From: Candidatus Dormiibacterota bacterium
GTDB lineage: Bacteria; Chloroflexota; Dormibacteria; Aeolococcales; Bog-877
DNA length: 64,000 nucleotides
Assembly (NCBI GenBank): GCA_049279335.1
Contig: JBAPNX010000047.1
Span: 129,982-193,981, forward strand
Direction: 5' to 3'
The position numbers and the translations under genes are program-made. Below the pieces are notes generated by a model. That model searched no databases. It saw only the letters and a list, made by a program, of their open reading frames with translations, and was not told the DNA's origin. Below are positions 55,612 through 64,000 of the stretch, piece by piece (positions within the stretch are counted from its first letter, which is position 1; each line of letters opens with the position of its first letter).

Positions 55612-56586
55612 GAGCTTCTGTTCGACCCGCACTCCGCAGCGGCCGCCGAGCCGCGCCCCGGTTTCGATCAGGACGAGGCCTGGGTCTTCTACAAGGGGGA
55701 GCAGCGGCGCTACCGCGACTCCCGGATCGGCCTGATGACCCACGCTCTGCACTACGGCACCGCCTGCTTTGAGGGGATCCGCGCCTACTGGAACGCCGAG
55801 CGCGAGCAGCTGTACATATTCCGGCCCCTGGAGCACTTTCAGAGGCTCCATCAGTCGGCTGCCATCCTCCGGATGGAGGTGCCATACTCCGCCGAAGAGC
55901 TGGTCGAAATCAGTGTTGAGCTGCTCCGTCGCAACCAGTTCCGCACCGACACCTACATTCGGCCCCTGGTCTACAAGTCCTCCCAGGAAATCGGGGTCCG
56001 GCTGCACAACCTCGAGGACGGCTTCCTCATTTACAGCCAGCCCTTCGGGGAGTACCACGAGCGCTCCCGAGCGTTGCGCTGCATGGTGTCGACCTGGCGC
56101 CGGGTCGATGACAATGCAGCGCCGGCGCGGGCCAAGATCAGCGGTATCTACATCAACTCGGCGCTGGCCAAGACCGAAGCGTTTGAGAACGGTCTGGACG
56201 AGGCAATCGTCCTGGGCCAAGACGGTCATGTCTGCGAGGGTTCGGCGGAGAACCTATTCATGATCCGTAAGGCCACTCTGATCACGCCCCCGGTCTCCGA
56301 CAACATCTTGGAGGGGATCACCCGCGCCACCTTGATGCAGTACTGGAGCGAGGACCTCGGTCTGCCGATCATCGAGCGCCCCATTGACCGCACCGAGCTC
56401 TACATCGCCGATGAGGTGATCCTGTGCGGGACCGGCGCCCAGATCTCAGGCGTGGGCGAGATCGACCATCGCCAGGTCGGCGACGGCAAGGTGGGCCCCT
56501 TCACTCGTCAGCTGGATGAGGTCTACAGCCGGCTGGTTCGAGGCGAGATCGAGAAATACCGGGAGTGGTGCACGCCGGTCTACTGA
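55612..56586 (+). CDS. ilvE: Branched-chain amino acid aminotransferase (class IV fold)
   Basis: 'HALHYGTACFEGIRAY', catalytic Lys region 'KISGIYINS', 'EEVILCGTGAQIS'. The start is approximate (the long ORF from 55345 overlaps the divergent yvcK-like gene). Confidence 0.8.
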   Translation, partial: ELLFDPHSAAAAEPRPGFDQDEAWVFYKGEQRRYRDSRIGLMTHALHYGTACFEGIRAYWNAEREQLYIFRPLEHFQRLHQSAAILRMEVPYSAEELVEISVELLRRNQFRTDTYIRPLVYKSSQEIGVRLHNLEDGFLIYSQPFGEYHERSRALRCMVSTWRRVDDNAAPARAKISGIYINSALAKTEAFENGLDEAIVLGQDGHVCEGSAENLFMIRKATLITPPVSDNILEGITRATLMQYWSEDLGLPIIERPIDRTELYIADEVILCGTGAQISGVGEIDHRQVGDGKVGPFTRQLDEVYSRLVRGEIEKYREWCTPVY

Positions 56587-56587
56587 G

Positions 56588-56609
56588 CTTGGCTGGCTAG
56601 CCGGCCAAG
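56588..56609. terminator. Near-palindromic hairpin (CTTGGCTGGC-ta-GCCGGCCAAG, G·U wobbles) between convergent ilvE and glycerate kinase
   Basis: Read directly from the sequence. It sits at the 3' ends of both convergent genes, so it could act bidirectionally. Confidence 0.35.
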
Positions 56610-57775
56610 CCCCCGGATGCGAGCTCCAGAAGAGTGCTCCTGCCAGCCTCACGCAGCTGGGAGAAGGCGATCTCCGCAGTGATCGCGCCCGCTTGGGTTG
56701 GATTGGATCCGGTCCGGATCAGCCGGCCGCCCATACCTTGAACCGCCAGCGCCGCGTCCGGGTCCGCGCCGCCCACGAGCAGCAGGCAGGGCAGCCGGCG
56801 CTGGGCGCAGCGCCGGAGGACCTCGCCGGTGACCTTACCGCTGAGGCTGGTCTCGTCGAAGTGGCCCTCCCCGGTGATTACCACGTCGGTCTCATCCAGC
56901 GCAGTGTCGAGCCCGACCAGGCTGGCGACCAGGGAGGCCCCCTTCTCCAGGCGCGCTCCGCAGAAGGCTGACAGACCAAACGCGGCTCCGCCGGCGGCTC
57001 CCGCCCCCGGCCTCTCGGCCAACCCAGAGCGACCCAGATCGCGGGCCACTACGGCCTCCAAACGCTGGAGCCCTCGGTCGAGGACTTGCACGGTGGCAGG
57101 ATCAGCCCCCTTTTGGGAGGCGAACACGACCGCCGCCCCGTGGGGTCCCGAGAGCGGGTTGTCAACATCGCATGCCACGATCACCTCGGTCTTGGCTAGC
57201 CGCGGATCCGCTTCCGAGGCGTCGACGCGGTCGAGATCCAGCAGGCCGAGACCGCCGGCGCTGATTGGCTGGCGTCGAGAGTCCAGCAACCTCAAGCCCA
57301 ATGCTGAAGCCAGCCCCGAGCCGCCGTCGGTCGAGGCGCTACCGCCGAGCCCGACTAGGATCGTCTCCGGCCCCAGCTCCAGCGATTGCCGCAGCAGCTC
57401 GCCCAAGCCCAAGGTGCTGGCGCGGGCGGCGCTGTCGGGAGAGGGCCGAGCCACGAGCTTAAGTCCGCAGGCTTGGGCCAGCTCGATAACCACAGTACGG
57501 GCACCGCTGTTTTGCAGCCAGCCGAAGGAGGCGCGCACCGGCTCCAGCAGCGGTCCGGGCACCAGACATTGGACCGGTTCGCCGCCCATCTGGGCGAGGA
57601 GCGTCTCGAGAAATCCATCGCCGCCGTCTGCCAGAGGGAGTTCGCGACACAAGGCGCGCGGCCGTGCCGTCATCACCCCCTCGCGTATCGCCCGGGCGGC
57701 CTGGGCGCCGGTCAGGGTCCCCTTGAAGGCGTTGGGGGCGATCAGCACTCGGATCCGGTGCGGGATCTCCGGCAT
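56597..57775 (-). CDS. glxK: Glycerate kinase
   Basis: 'IRVLIAPNAFKGTLTGAQAARAI' N-terminus. Glycerate kinase family collinear over 392 aa. Confidence 0.8.
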   Translation of the reverse strand: MPEIPHRIRVLIAPNAFKGTLTGAQAARAIREGVMTARPRALCRELPLADGGDGFLETLLAQMGGEPVQCLVPGPLLEPVRASFGWLQNSGARTVVIELAQACGLKLVARPSPDSAARASTLGLGELLRQSLELGPETILVGLGGSASTDGGSGLASALGLRLLDSRRQPISAGGLGLLDLDRVDASEADPRLAKTEVIVACDVDNPLSGPHGAAVVFASQKGADPATVQVLDRGLQRLEAVVARDLGRSGLAERPGAGAAGGAAFGLSAFCGARLEKGASLVASLVGLDTALDETDVVITGEGHFDETSLSGKVTGEVLRRCAQRRLPCLLLVGGADPDAALAVQGMGGRLIRTGSNPTQAGAITAEIAFSQLREAGRSTLLELASGGLAG

Positions 57776-57890
57776 CGGCTAGGTGTAACCGATACCGCGC
57801 GCGCCTCGTACCGCTCGTGCTGAAGCTGACAGCGATCTAGGAGCGTGTACGATGGGCGCCTCGATCCATCCGCGAAGTCCCGAGTAGGCG

Positions 57891-60461
57891 ATGTCACGAC
57901 AAAGAGCCCGTCCGGGCCTGCCCTCCAGGGGTCGGATTCGGCGCCTGATCGCCCGGATCGAGCGCTGGCACCGCCTCAGCGTCCAGCGCCGAATCCTGGT
58001 AGCCATGCTGGCCGTCTCGGTCATCCCTCTGGCGATCTTCAGCCTGGCCGGCTTGGCGGCCCTTTCGGGCCTCAATAGCGGGGCCCTCAAGACCGCCGAC
58101 AGAGCTCTTGAGGCCAGCCAAGACGCCCATTTGCAGGATCTGGTCCAGAGCAAAGCTCGGGTGATCAACAACGAGCTTCAATCGGTCCAAGACCAGGTGG
58201 CGCTCCTCAGCCAGTCGACGGACGAGTTGCTGGCTCAGCCGCCCAGCCAGGCAACCTCTGCTCCGGGGATCAGGATCTATGGACCAGGTGCCAACGCCGC
58301 TCGACCCACCGCCAACGTTCTGGCGCTGCAGGCCCTGGGCGCGCAGCTGGCTCTGGTGTTCAACCTCCACCCTGAGGTGGCGGACGTCTGGGTCCAACTG
58401 CCGCAGAGTCGGCTGGTGGCGGTGGCGCCGGGCACGGCTATCCCCAGCGCGCAGGAGGCCAGCGTCAGCGAGCTGTCCCCGCCGACGGCCGAATACCAGG
58501 CCGGGGTGGACCGCCAGGCTGCCGACCTCAGCAGTCCCCACTGGCGGGCGCTGGTGCCCCACTCGACCCAGTCGGTGGTTTGGACCCCGGTCTACGACAA
58601 CCCGGCGGCCGGTGGTCCGACCGTGACGCTGGCGACCGAGACCGTCTCATCGAACGGAATCCAGTTCTGGGTCGGGGCCAACATCACCGTCAAGAACCTG
58701 GTCTCGACCTTCCTGGCCGGGGCGCCGGGACGCTCCGAGGGCGGGTATGCCTTCTTGGTGAGCAGCGACGGGCCGGTCGGGACCGTGCTCAGCTACTCCC
58801 CTGGCGGAGCGGCCGATCTCGGCTTCGGACCCAAGAAGAGCCGGGCTGCTGCGGTCAACCTGACGTCGCAGAGCAGCCCCTGGCTGGCGGTGGGCAACAG
58901 CATGACCCTGGGACTTTCCGGTCACGGCACCATCAACCTGGAGGGGGCTCCGGTGTCCGTCTTCTACAGTCCCCTCCCCGCCAGTCAGTGGAGTCTGGGT
59001 GTGGCGGTCCCGGTTTCGGGTATCGACGGCAGCGTCGTCGGGTTCTCGCAGACGATCACCCACGGGCTGGTGGGGGTCACGGCTCTGCTCCTGCCCTTCC
59101 TCATCATCCTGGCTGCCTTGGTGGTGGTACTCACCGACCTCTTGAGCCGGCGCCTGCTGCTGCCCCTCTCCAACCTCACCGGAGCCTCACGCCGGATCGC
59201 CGGAGGCGACCTGGAGACTCCGGTCGCGGTGGCGCCCGGGCCGCAGGACGAAGTCGGCACCCTGGAGATGGCTCTGGAGGGCATGCGCAAGCGCCTTGCG
59301 GGACAGCACCAGATCATCGAGGCGGCGCAGAGGAATCTCGAGCAGCGGGTCGAGGAACGCACGGCCGAGCTCCGGCAGAGGAACGACGAACTCGCCACCT
59401 TGAACTCGGTCAGCGCCGACCTTAGTCGCTCCCTGGTCCTCTCGGACGTGGCCACCGGTGCTGCGGACCAGCTTCGCCAGCTGTGGCGGGTGAGCGAAGT
59501 CTCCGTCTACATCCTCGATCAGACGGCTCCCGGCGGTGTCCGACTGGTGGGCCGGTCGATGGACGGCGAAGCGGGCCACGACCAGGGACCCGAGCTGAGT
59601 AGTGCTCTGGCCATGTCGGACCAGTCGCCCGCCAGACCGCTCCAGGTGGACGATCTGGTGGTGGTCCCCCTCCTAGTCACCGGGACCAAGGTCGGTTATC
59701 TGGTCCTGCGCCAGGCGCAGGTGCCAGGGCGGCGCCAGATCGAGATGCTGGAGGTGGTCGGGGGACAGCTGGCGCTCGCCCTTCGCAACGCTCAACTCTT
59801 CGCCGACACCCAGGAGATGGCGACCATCAACGAACGCAACCGGATTGCCCGCGAGATCCATGACACCATCGCTCAGGGTCTGGCCGGGATCATCATCCAA
59901 CTCCAGGCCGCTGAGGCTTGGATGGAGCGCGAGCCAACGCGTTCCCAACAGGCGCTGGGTCACGCGTCGGCGCTGGCGAGGTCGAGTCTTCAGGAGGCCC
60001 GGCGCTCGGTGTGGGACCTCCGACCGGAGTTACTGGAGCGGGGGGGACTCGCCAGTGCCCTCAAAGAGGAACTGGCTCAGGCTCAGGCCAGGACCGGGGT
60101 CAAGACCACCGTCAAGTTGCGGGGACTCCGGCAGCTGACCCTGCCAGCGGCCACTGAGGTGTCAATCTTCCGCATCGTTCAGGAGGCGGTCGCCAACTCC
60201 CTCCACCATGCCCACCCGGCCAGCCTCGCCGTCGAGGTGGTGCGCGACGACGGCCAGCTCCGGGTCGAGATTGCCGACGACGGTTGCGGCTTCGATCCCG
60301 CCCGTCCTGGTCGCCTGCAGGCCTTCGGGCTGACATCGATGCGCGAGCGGGCGACCTCCTGTGGTGGCAGCTTCTCGCTGAACAGCACCCTGGGCAAAGG
60401 GACCCGGGTGGTGCTCGAGATTCCAATTCCCGAGTCCGTCTCGGCGAAGCCGCTGCGGTGA
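57891..60461 (+). CDS. Sensor histidine kinase: two TM helices flanking a periplasmic sensor domain, HAMP, GAF, HisKA_3 (NarL-type) and HATPase_c
   Basis: HAMP 'RRLLLPLSNLTGASRRIAGGDLETP', GAF-like segment, 'ERNRIAREIHDTIAQGL' (HisKA_3 H-box), 'TSMRERATSCGGSFSLNSTLGKGTRV'. Confidence 0.8.
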   Translation: MSRQRARPGLPSRGRIRRLIARIERWHRLSVQRRILVAMLAVSVIPLAIFSLAGLAALSGLNSGALKTADRALEASQDAHLQDLVQSKARVINNELQSVQDQVALLSQSTDELLAQPPSQATSAPGIRIYGPGANAARPTANVLALQALGAQLALVFNLHPEVADVWVQLPQSRLVAVAPGTAIPSAQEASVSELSPPTAEYQAGVDRQAADLSSPHWRALVPHSTQSVVWTPVYDNPAAGGPTVTLATETVSSNGIQFWVGANITVKNLVSTFLAGAPGRSEGGYAFLVSSDGPVGTVLSYSPGGAADLGFGPKKSRAAAVNLTSQSSPWLAVGNSMTLGLSGHGTINLEGAPVSVFYSPLPASQWSLGVAVPVSGIDGSVVGFSQTITHGLVGVTALLLPFLIILAALVVVLTDLLSRRLLLPLSNLTGASRRIAGGDLETPVAVAPGPQDEVGTLEMALEGMRKRLAGQHQIIEAAQRNLEQRVEERTAELRQRNDELATLNSVSADLSRSLVLSDVATGAADQLRQLWRVSEVSVYILDQTAPGGVRLVGRSMDGEAGHDQGPELSSALAMSDQSPARPLQVDDLVVVPLLVTGTKVGYLVLRQAQVPGRRQIEMLEVVGGQLALALRNAQLFADTQEMATINERNRIAREIHDTIAQGLAGIIIQLQAAEAWMEREPTRSQQALGHASALARSSLQEARRSVWDLRPELLERGGLASALKEELAQAQARTGVKTTVKLRGLRQLTLPAATEVSIFRIVQEAVANSLHHAHPASLAVEVVRDDGQLRVEIADDGCGFDPARPGRLQAFGLTSMRERATSCGGSFSLNSTLGKGTRVVLEIPIPESVSAKPLR

Positions 60462-61096
60462 TCAGGGTCCTAGTCGCCGACGACCATCCGGTGGTCCGAC
60501 AAGGGATCTGTGCCATGCTCGAGATCGAGCCTGATATCGAGGTGGTTGCCGACGTCGGGGATGGGGCGGAGGCGGTCAGCCTGGCGCTCCAGGAGGCTCC
60601 CGACGTGGTGCTGATGGACGTCCAGATGGCGGGAGTGGACGGGATCGAGGCGCTGCGGCGGATCAGGAGCCAGCAGCCCCAAGCCAAGGTGGTGATGCTC
60701 ACCACCTTCGGTCACGAGAACTACGTGGTTCCCAGCCTCAAGGCGGGGGCCATGGGCTATCTGCTCAAGGACGTTGGGCGCGCCGAGCTGATCGACTCTA
60801 TTCGCAAGGTGGCGGCCGGTGAGTCACTTCTGGAGCGAGCCTCGGTCGCCGAGGAGGTCCAGCTCAGCCACCGCGAATTGGAGGTGCTCAGCTGCATGGC
60901 TGCAGAGATGTCCAACCGGGAGATCGCCGAGCGGCTGTTCCTGAGCGAGAACACCGTCAAAACCCATGTCAGCCACATCCTAAACAAGCTCGGCGCGGCT
61001 GACCGGGCGGGAGCGGTCCTGCGGGCCTGGCGCCAAGGTTTGATCTCAGATCCACCGATTCGTGAGGCTGCCCCAAATCACCCTGGCGGGGGATGA
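60458..61096 (+). CDS. NarL/LuxR-family response regulator
   Basis: Receiver 'RVLVADDHPVVRQG...DVVLMDVQMAGVDG', LuxR HTH 'LSHRELEVLSCMAAEMSNREIAERLFLSENTVKTHVSHIL'. GTG start overlaps the kinase stop. Confidence 0.85.
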   Translation: MIRVLVADDHPVVRQGICAMLEIEPDIEVVADVGDGAEAVSLALQEAPDVVLMDVQMAGVDGIEALRRIRSQQPQAKVVMLTTFGHENYVVPSLKAGAMGYLLKDVGRAELIDSIRKVAAGESLLERASVAEEVQLSHRELEVLSCMAAEMSNREIAERLFLSENTVKTHVSHILNKLGAADRAGAVLRAWRQGLISDPPIREAAPNHPGGG

Positions 61097-61212
61097 CATC
61101 TACCCTAGCAATTCCATAACATGCGGTTACTGCGAGTAAAAGCAGGCTTCGGCGTGGTTGTGCGCCCGCCGGGGGCCAGGTACGGATCCTGCACAGGAGG
61201 GTCTAAACGCTA

Positions 61213-63105
61213 GTGAGAAAGATTCCAATGCTTTCGGTGTGGCGAGGGGCTGGCTTGCTTGCCTTGGCAGCCCTGGTGCTCACCGCTTGCGGGAGCATTA
61301 ACTACCACGCCAAGACGACCGCCAAGACTTCCTCGACGGTGACGTTTGCCGAGGGGCCGTCGGCTCCTCCTGAATACATCTCGCCGCTGGCAGGAGGTGA
61401 CTGGTTCAGCGTCACCAACCTCTCTGATTTCTCCGAGATCATGTACCGACCGCTCTACTGGTTCGGAGACAACGGCCAGCCCAAGTTCGACGCCGCGCTG
61501 AGCATCGCCAACGCCCCCGTGTGGTCCGACAACGACCAGACCGCCACGATCACGATGAAGCACTGGGTCTGGTCCAACGGCACACCGATCACGGCCAGGG
61601 ACGTCGTCTTCTGGATGAACCTGTTGGAAGCCAGCGTCTCGCCGGCAGCCGCCAACGTGGGCAGCACGAGCGCTCCTGGTCCGGGCTGGGGTGCATTCGT
61701 ATCCGGTGGCTTCCCCAACAACGTGGTCAGCTACACGGCGACCGGGACCTACAGCCTGGTCTTCCACCTCAACGCGTCCTACGACCCGACTTGGTTCCTC
61801 TACAACGAACTGAGCCAGATCACGCCACTACCCCAGGCTTCCTGGGACAAGCTTTCGGCCACGGGGGCAGTCGGCAACTATGACGAGCAGGGCATCGGCA
61901 CCGGCACCAGCGGGGCGCTGGGAGTTGCCCAGTTCGTCAACCTCCAGTCCGAGGACACCAGCACCTATGCCAGCAACCCCATGTGGCAGGTTGTCAGTGG
62001 GCCCTACAAACTCAGCCAATACACCACCGCTGGCTTCGTAAAGATGGTGCCCAACACCAAGTATTCGGGACCCGACAAGGCCAAGGTCAGTGTCTTCGAG
62101 GAGATCCCGTTCACCAGCGACACAGCTGAGTTCAACGAGCTGCGCGCCGGCGACCTGACGATCGGGTACATCCCAGCCCAGGACCTGGGGCAGAAGGGGT
62201 ATATGGAGAGCCATGGCTACAAGTTCTCGGCCTGGAACTCCTTTGGGATTGTGTACTTCCCCTACAACTTCACCGATCCGACCACGGGACCGATCTTCAA
62301 GCAGCTCTACTTCCGCCAGGCCTTCCAAAGCTTGGTCAACCAGCCTGAGTACATCAAGAAGTTCCTGTTGGGGTACGGCACTATCGGCAACGGACCGGTC
62401 CCGACCTACCCCGCGAAGAACGCCGACCTGACCAAGCTCGAGTCGAGCGGCCAGGTGTACCCATACGACCCCAGCAAGGCGGTGGCCCTGCTCAAGGACC
62501 ACGGTTGGTCCGTCAAGCCGGGCGGAACCACGACCTGCACCAAGCCGGGGACCGGGACCGGTGAGTGCGGAGCCGGCATTGCCGCCGGAGCCTCACTCTC
62601 ATTCAGGCTCCTCTACGCCAGCGGGTCAGTTCCGCTGACCGACGAGATGGAGGCACTGAAGTCCACCGAGGACCAGGAGGCCGGGATCCAAATCGCACTC
62701 TCGACAGCCCCATTTGGCCAGGTGATCGCTACCACCTTCGGCGGTGGCTGCAGCACGTCTTCCCCGTGCAGCACCTGGGACTTGGGCAACTGGGGTGGTG
62801 GCTGGGTCTACTCACCTGACTACTTCCCCACCGGCGAGGAGCTGTTCGAGACCGGGGCCGAGTCGAACCCCGGCTACTACAGCAGCCCCGAGGCCAACAA
62901 GCTGATCGCAGCGACCAACACCGACGCGACTGTCTCTGGCGAGATCAAGGCACTTGATACCTACGAGAACTACCTTGCCAAGCAGCTGCCGGTGGTCTGG
63001 ATGCCAGACCAGCCCTACCAGCTGACGATGTACAAGAGCAACCTCAAGGGACTGGTGCCCCAGGGCGTCTTCGATGAGATCTACCCGGAGGACTACAGCT
63101 TCTAG
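61213..63105 (+). CDS. ABC transporter substrate-binding lipoprotein, family 5 (peptide/nickel/opine)
   Basis: Lipoprotein signal 'LLALAALVLTACGS'. SBP_bac_5 collinear (about 630 aa). 'GGAGG' Shine-Dalgarno about 13 nt upstream. Confidence 0.85.
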   Translation: MRKIPMLSVWRGAGLLALAALVLTACGSINYHAKTTAKTSSTVTFAEGPSAPPEYISPLAGGDWFSVTNLSDFSEIMYRPLYWFGDNGQPKFDAALSIANAPVWSDNDQTATITMKHWVWSNGTPITARDVVFWMNLLEASVSPAAANVGSTSAPGPGWGAFVSGGFPNNVVSYTATGTYSLVFHLNASYDPTWFLYNELSQITPLPQASWDKLSATGAVGNYDEQGIGTGTSGALGVAQFVNLQSEDTSTYASNPMWQVVSGPYKLSQYTTAGFVKMVPNTKYSGPDKAKVSVFEEIPFTSDTAEFNELRAGDLTIGYIPAQDLGQKGYMESHGYKFSAWNSFGIVYFPYNFTDPTTGPIFKQLYFRQAFQSLVNQPEYIKKFLLGYGTIGNGPVPTYPAKNADLTKLESSGQVYPYDPSKAVALLKDHGWSVKPGGTTTCTKPGTGTGECGAGIAAGASLSFRLLYASGSVPLTDEMEALKSTEDQEAGIQIALSTAPFGQVIATTFGGGCSTSSPCSTWDLGNWGGGWVYSPDYFPTGEELFETGAESNPGYYSSPEANKLIAATNTDATVSGEIKALDTYENYLAKQLPVVWMPDQPYQLTMYKSNLKGLVPQGVFDEIYPEDYSF

Positions 63106-63160
63106 ATCAACTGGTACCGCTTCACCGGCGCAGGGCTTAGGCCCTGTGCCGGATGCGGAG

Positions 63161-63187
63161 CGGGGCCCGGCAAAGAGCCGGGCCCCG
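63161..63187 (+). terminator. Hairpin (11-bp perfect stem CGGGGCCCGGC / GCCGGGCCCCG, loop AAAGA) downstream of the SBP gene
   Basis: Read directly from the sequence. A second small hairpin (CAGGGC-tta-GCCCTG) lies at 63131-63146. Confidence 0.5.
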
Positions 63188-63256
63188 CACCAGTACCACT
63201 CGTCCGACTAGCGGCTATGATCGACTGACTTGGGGACGATCGGGTAAGGAGTAGCG

Positions 63257-64000
63257 ATGATCGGCTACATCATCCGGAGGGCTGGCCAAGCGGTCATCGT
63301 GATGATCGGGGTCACGATCATCACCTTCATCCTCCTCCATATGATCGGAAATCCGGTCAACGTCATCCTGGGCACCCACCACAGCCTGGCCAACGTTCGA
63401 GCTCTGACGATCCAGCTCGGCCTCAACAAACCACTGCCTCAGCAATATCTGATCTGGGTTTGGAACCTCCTGCACTTCAACCTGGGCTGGTCCTACCGGC
63501 AGAACAGCTCGGTGGCGGGGCTTCTTGGCCAGCGGATGCCTAACACGCTCTTGTTGGTGGGGACCTCGACGGTGTTGGCCATCGTCGTAGCCGTGCCTCT
63601 GGGGATCATGCAGGCGGTGCGGCGCAACAAGCCTGACGACTACGTCTTCACCGGGTTCTCGTTCATCTTCTACGCCATGCCCATCTTCTGGCTGGGACTG
63701 CTGCTGATCATCCTCTTCAGCTCACTCCTCAACTGGCTGCCTCCGGAGGCACCGCAGAGCCAGGGAGACCTCTTTTCCCAGCTCAACGGCCTGATACTCC
63801 CGGTAGCGGCCCTGACGTTGGTCACCCTCGCGCTCTTCAGTCGCTACATGCGCAGCTCGATGCTGGAGAACCTGGTTCAGGACTACGTCCGGACCGCCAA
63901 AGCCAAGGGTGTTTCAGACCGTGCCATCCTCTTCAAGCACGTGCTGCGCAACGCGCTGATCCCGGTCATCACCCTCATCGGGTTGAGCCTGCCCGGCATC
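63257..64000 (+). CDS. ABC transporter permease (DppB/OppB-like), 3' end outside the window
   Basis: 'MIGYIIRRAGQAVIVMIGVTIITFILLH' N-terminus typical of OppB/DppB, and an EAA-like region. The ORF is open to the window end. Confidence 0.8.
   Translation, partial: MIGYIIRRAGQAVIVMIGVTIITFILLHMIGNPVNVILGTHHSLANVRALTIQLGLNKPLPQQYLIWVWNLLHFNLGWSYRQNSSVAGLLGQRMPNTLLLVGTSTVLAIVVAVPLGIMQAVRRNKPDDYVFTGFSFIFYAMPIFWLGLLLIILFSSLLNWLPPEAPQSQGDLFSQLNGLILPVAALTLVTLALFSRYMRSSMLENLVQDYVRTAKAKGVSDRAILFKHVLRNALIPVITLIGLSLPGI

Overview
The window is 64 kb of a high-GC (about 68-70 %) bacterial chromosome with dense coding on both strands. Gene content suggests a high-GC Gram-positive / Actinomycetota-like lineage: a GT87/DUF2029 glycosyltransferase, a YhaO/YhaN-like nuclease-ATPase pair (homologous to B. 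subtilis YhaO/YhaN, SbcEF), MtrA-like and NarL-type two-component systems, and an rplI-dnaB-purA run. This taxonomic placement is an inference, not a measurement. I found no rRNA or tRNA genes, no CRISPR array and no transposase or integrase.

Most of the window is housekeeping. Confidently identified genes include:
- central metabolism and biosynthesis: fdxA, glnA, dxs, ychF, nfo, a CCA-adding enzyme, rplI, dnaB, purA, ddl, ilvE, glycerate kinase;
- transport: three ABC-2 type exporters and a family-5 peptide ABC importer;
- regulation: two two-component systems and an HxlR regulator.

Several neighbourhoods are unusual and are listed as findings:
1. A membrane-anchored SbcD/SbcC-like pair with a tightly coupled TroA-fold protein that lacks a signal peptide (12.8-17.4 kb).
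2. A 1,043-aa surface protein with a lectin domain, a DUF11 domain and six tandem ~92-aa repeats (17.6-20.8 kb).
3. An ArsA/Get3-HSP20 ATPase flanked by a short tail-anchored ORF and a translationally coupled 78-aa ORF, at the head of a ten-gene co-directional cluster (26.9-33.5 kb).
4. A MurF-like ligase whose canonical N-terminal domain is replaced by a polytopic membrane domain, next to ddl (51.4-54.1 kb).
5. An ABC-2 exporter with two permeases that is translationally coupled to a TusA sulfur-carrier homologue (45.4-48.3 kb).
6. Two stretches of atypical composition with no convincing genes (10.4-10.9 kb and 39.0-39.9 kb).

Start codons were refined by hand from domain boundaries, neighbour overlap and third-position GC bias. 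Starts are approximate (estimated from codon offsets and homology; not individually verified).
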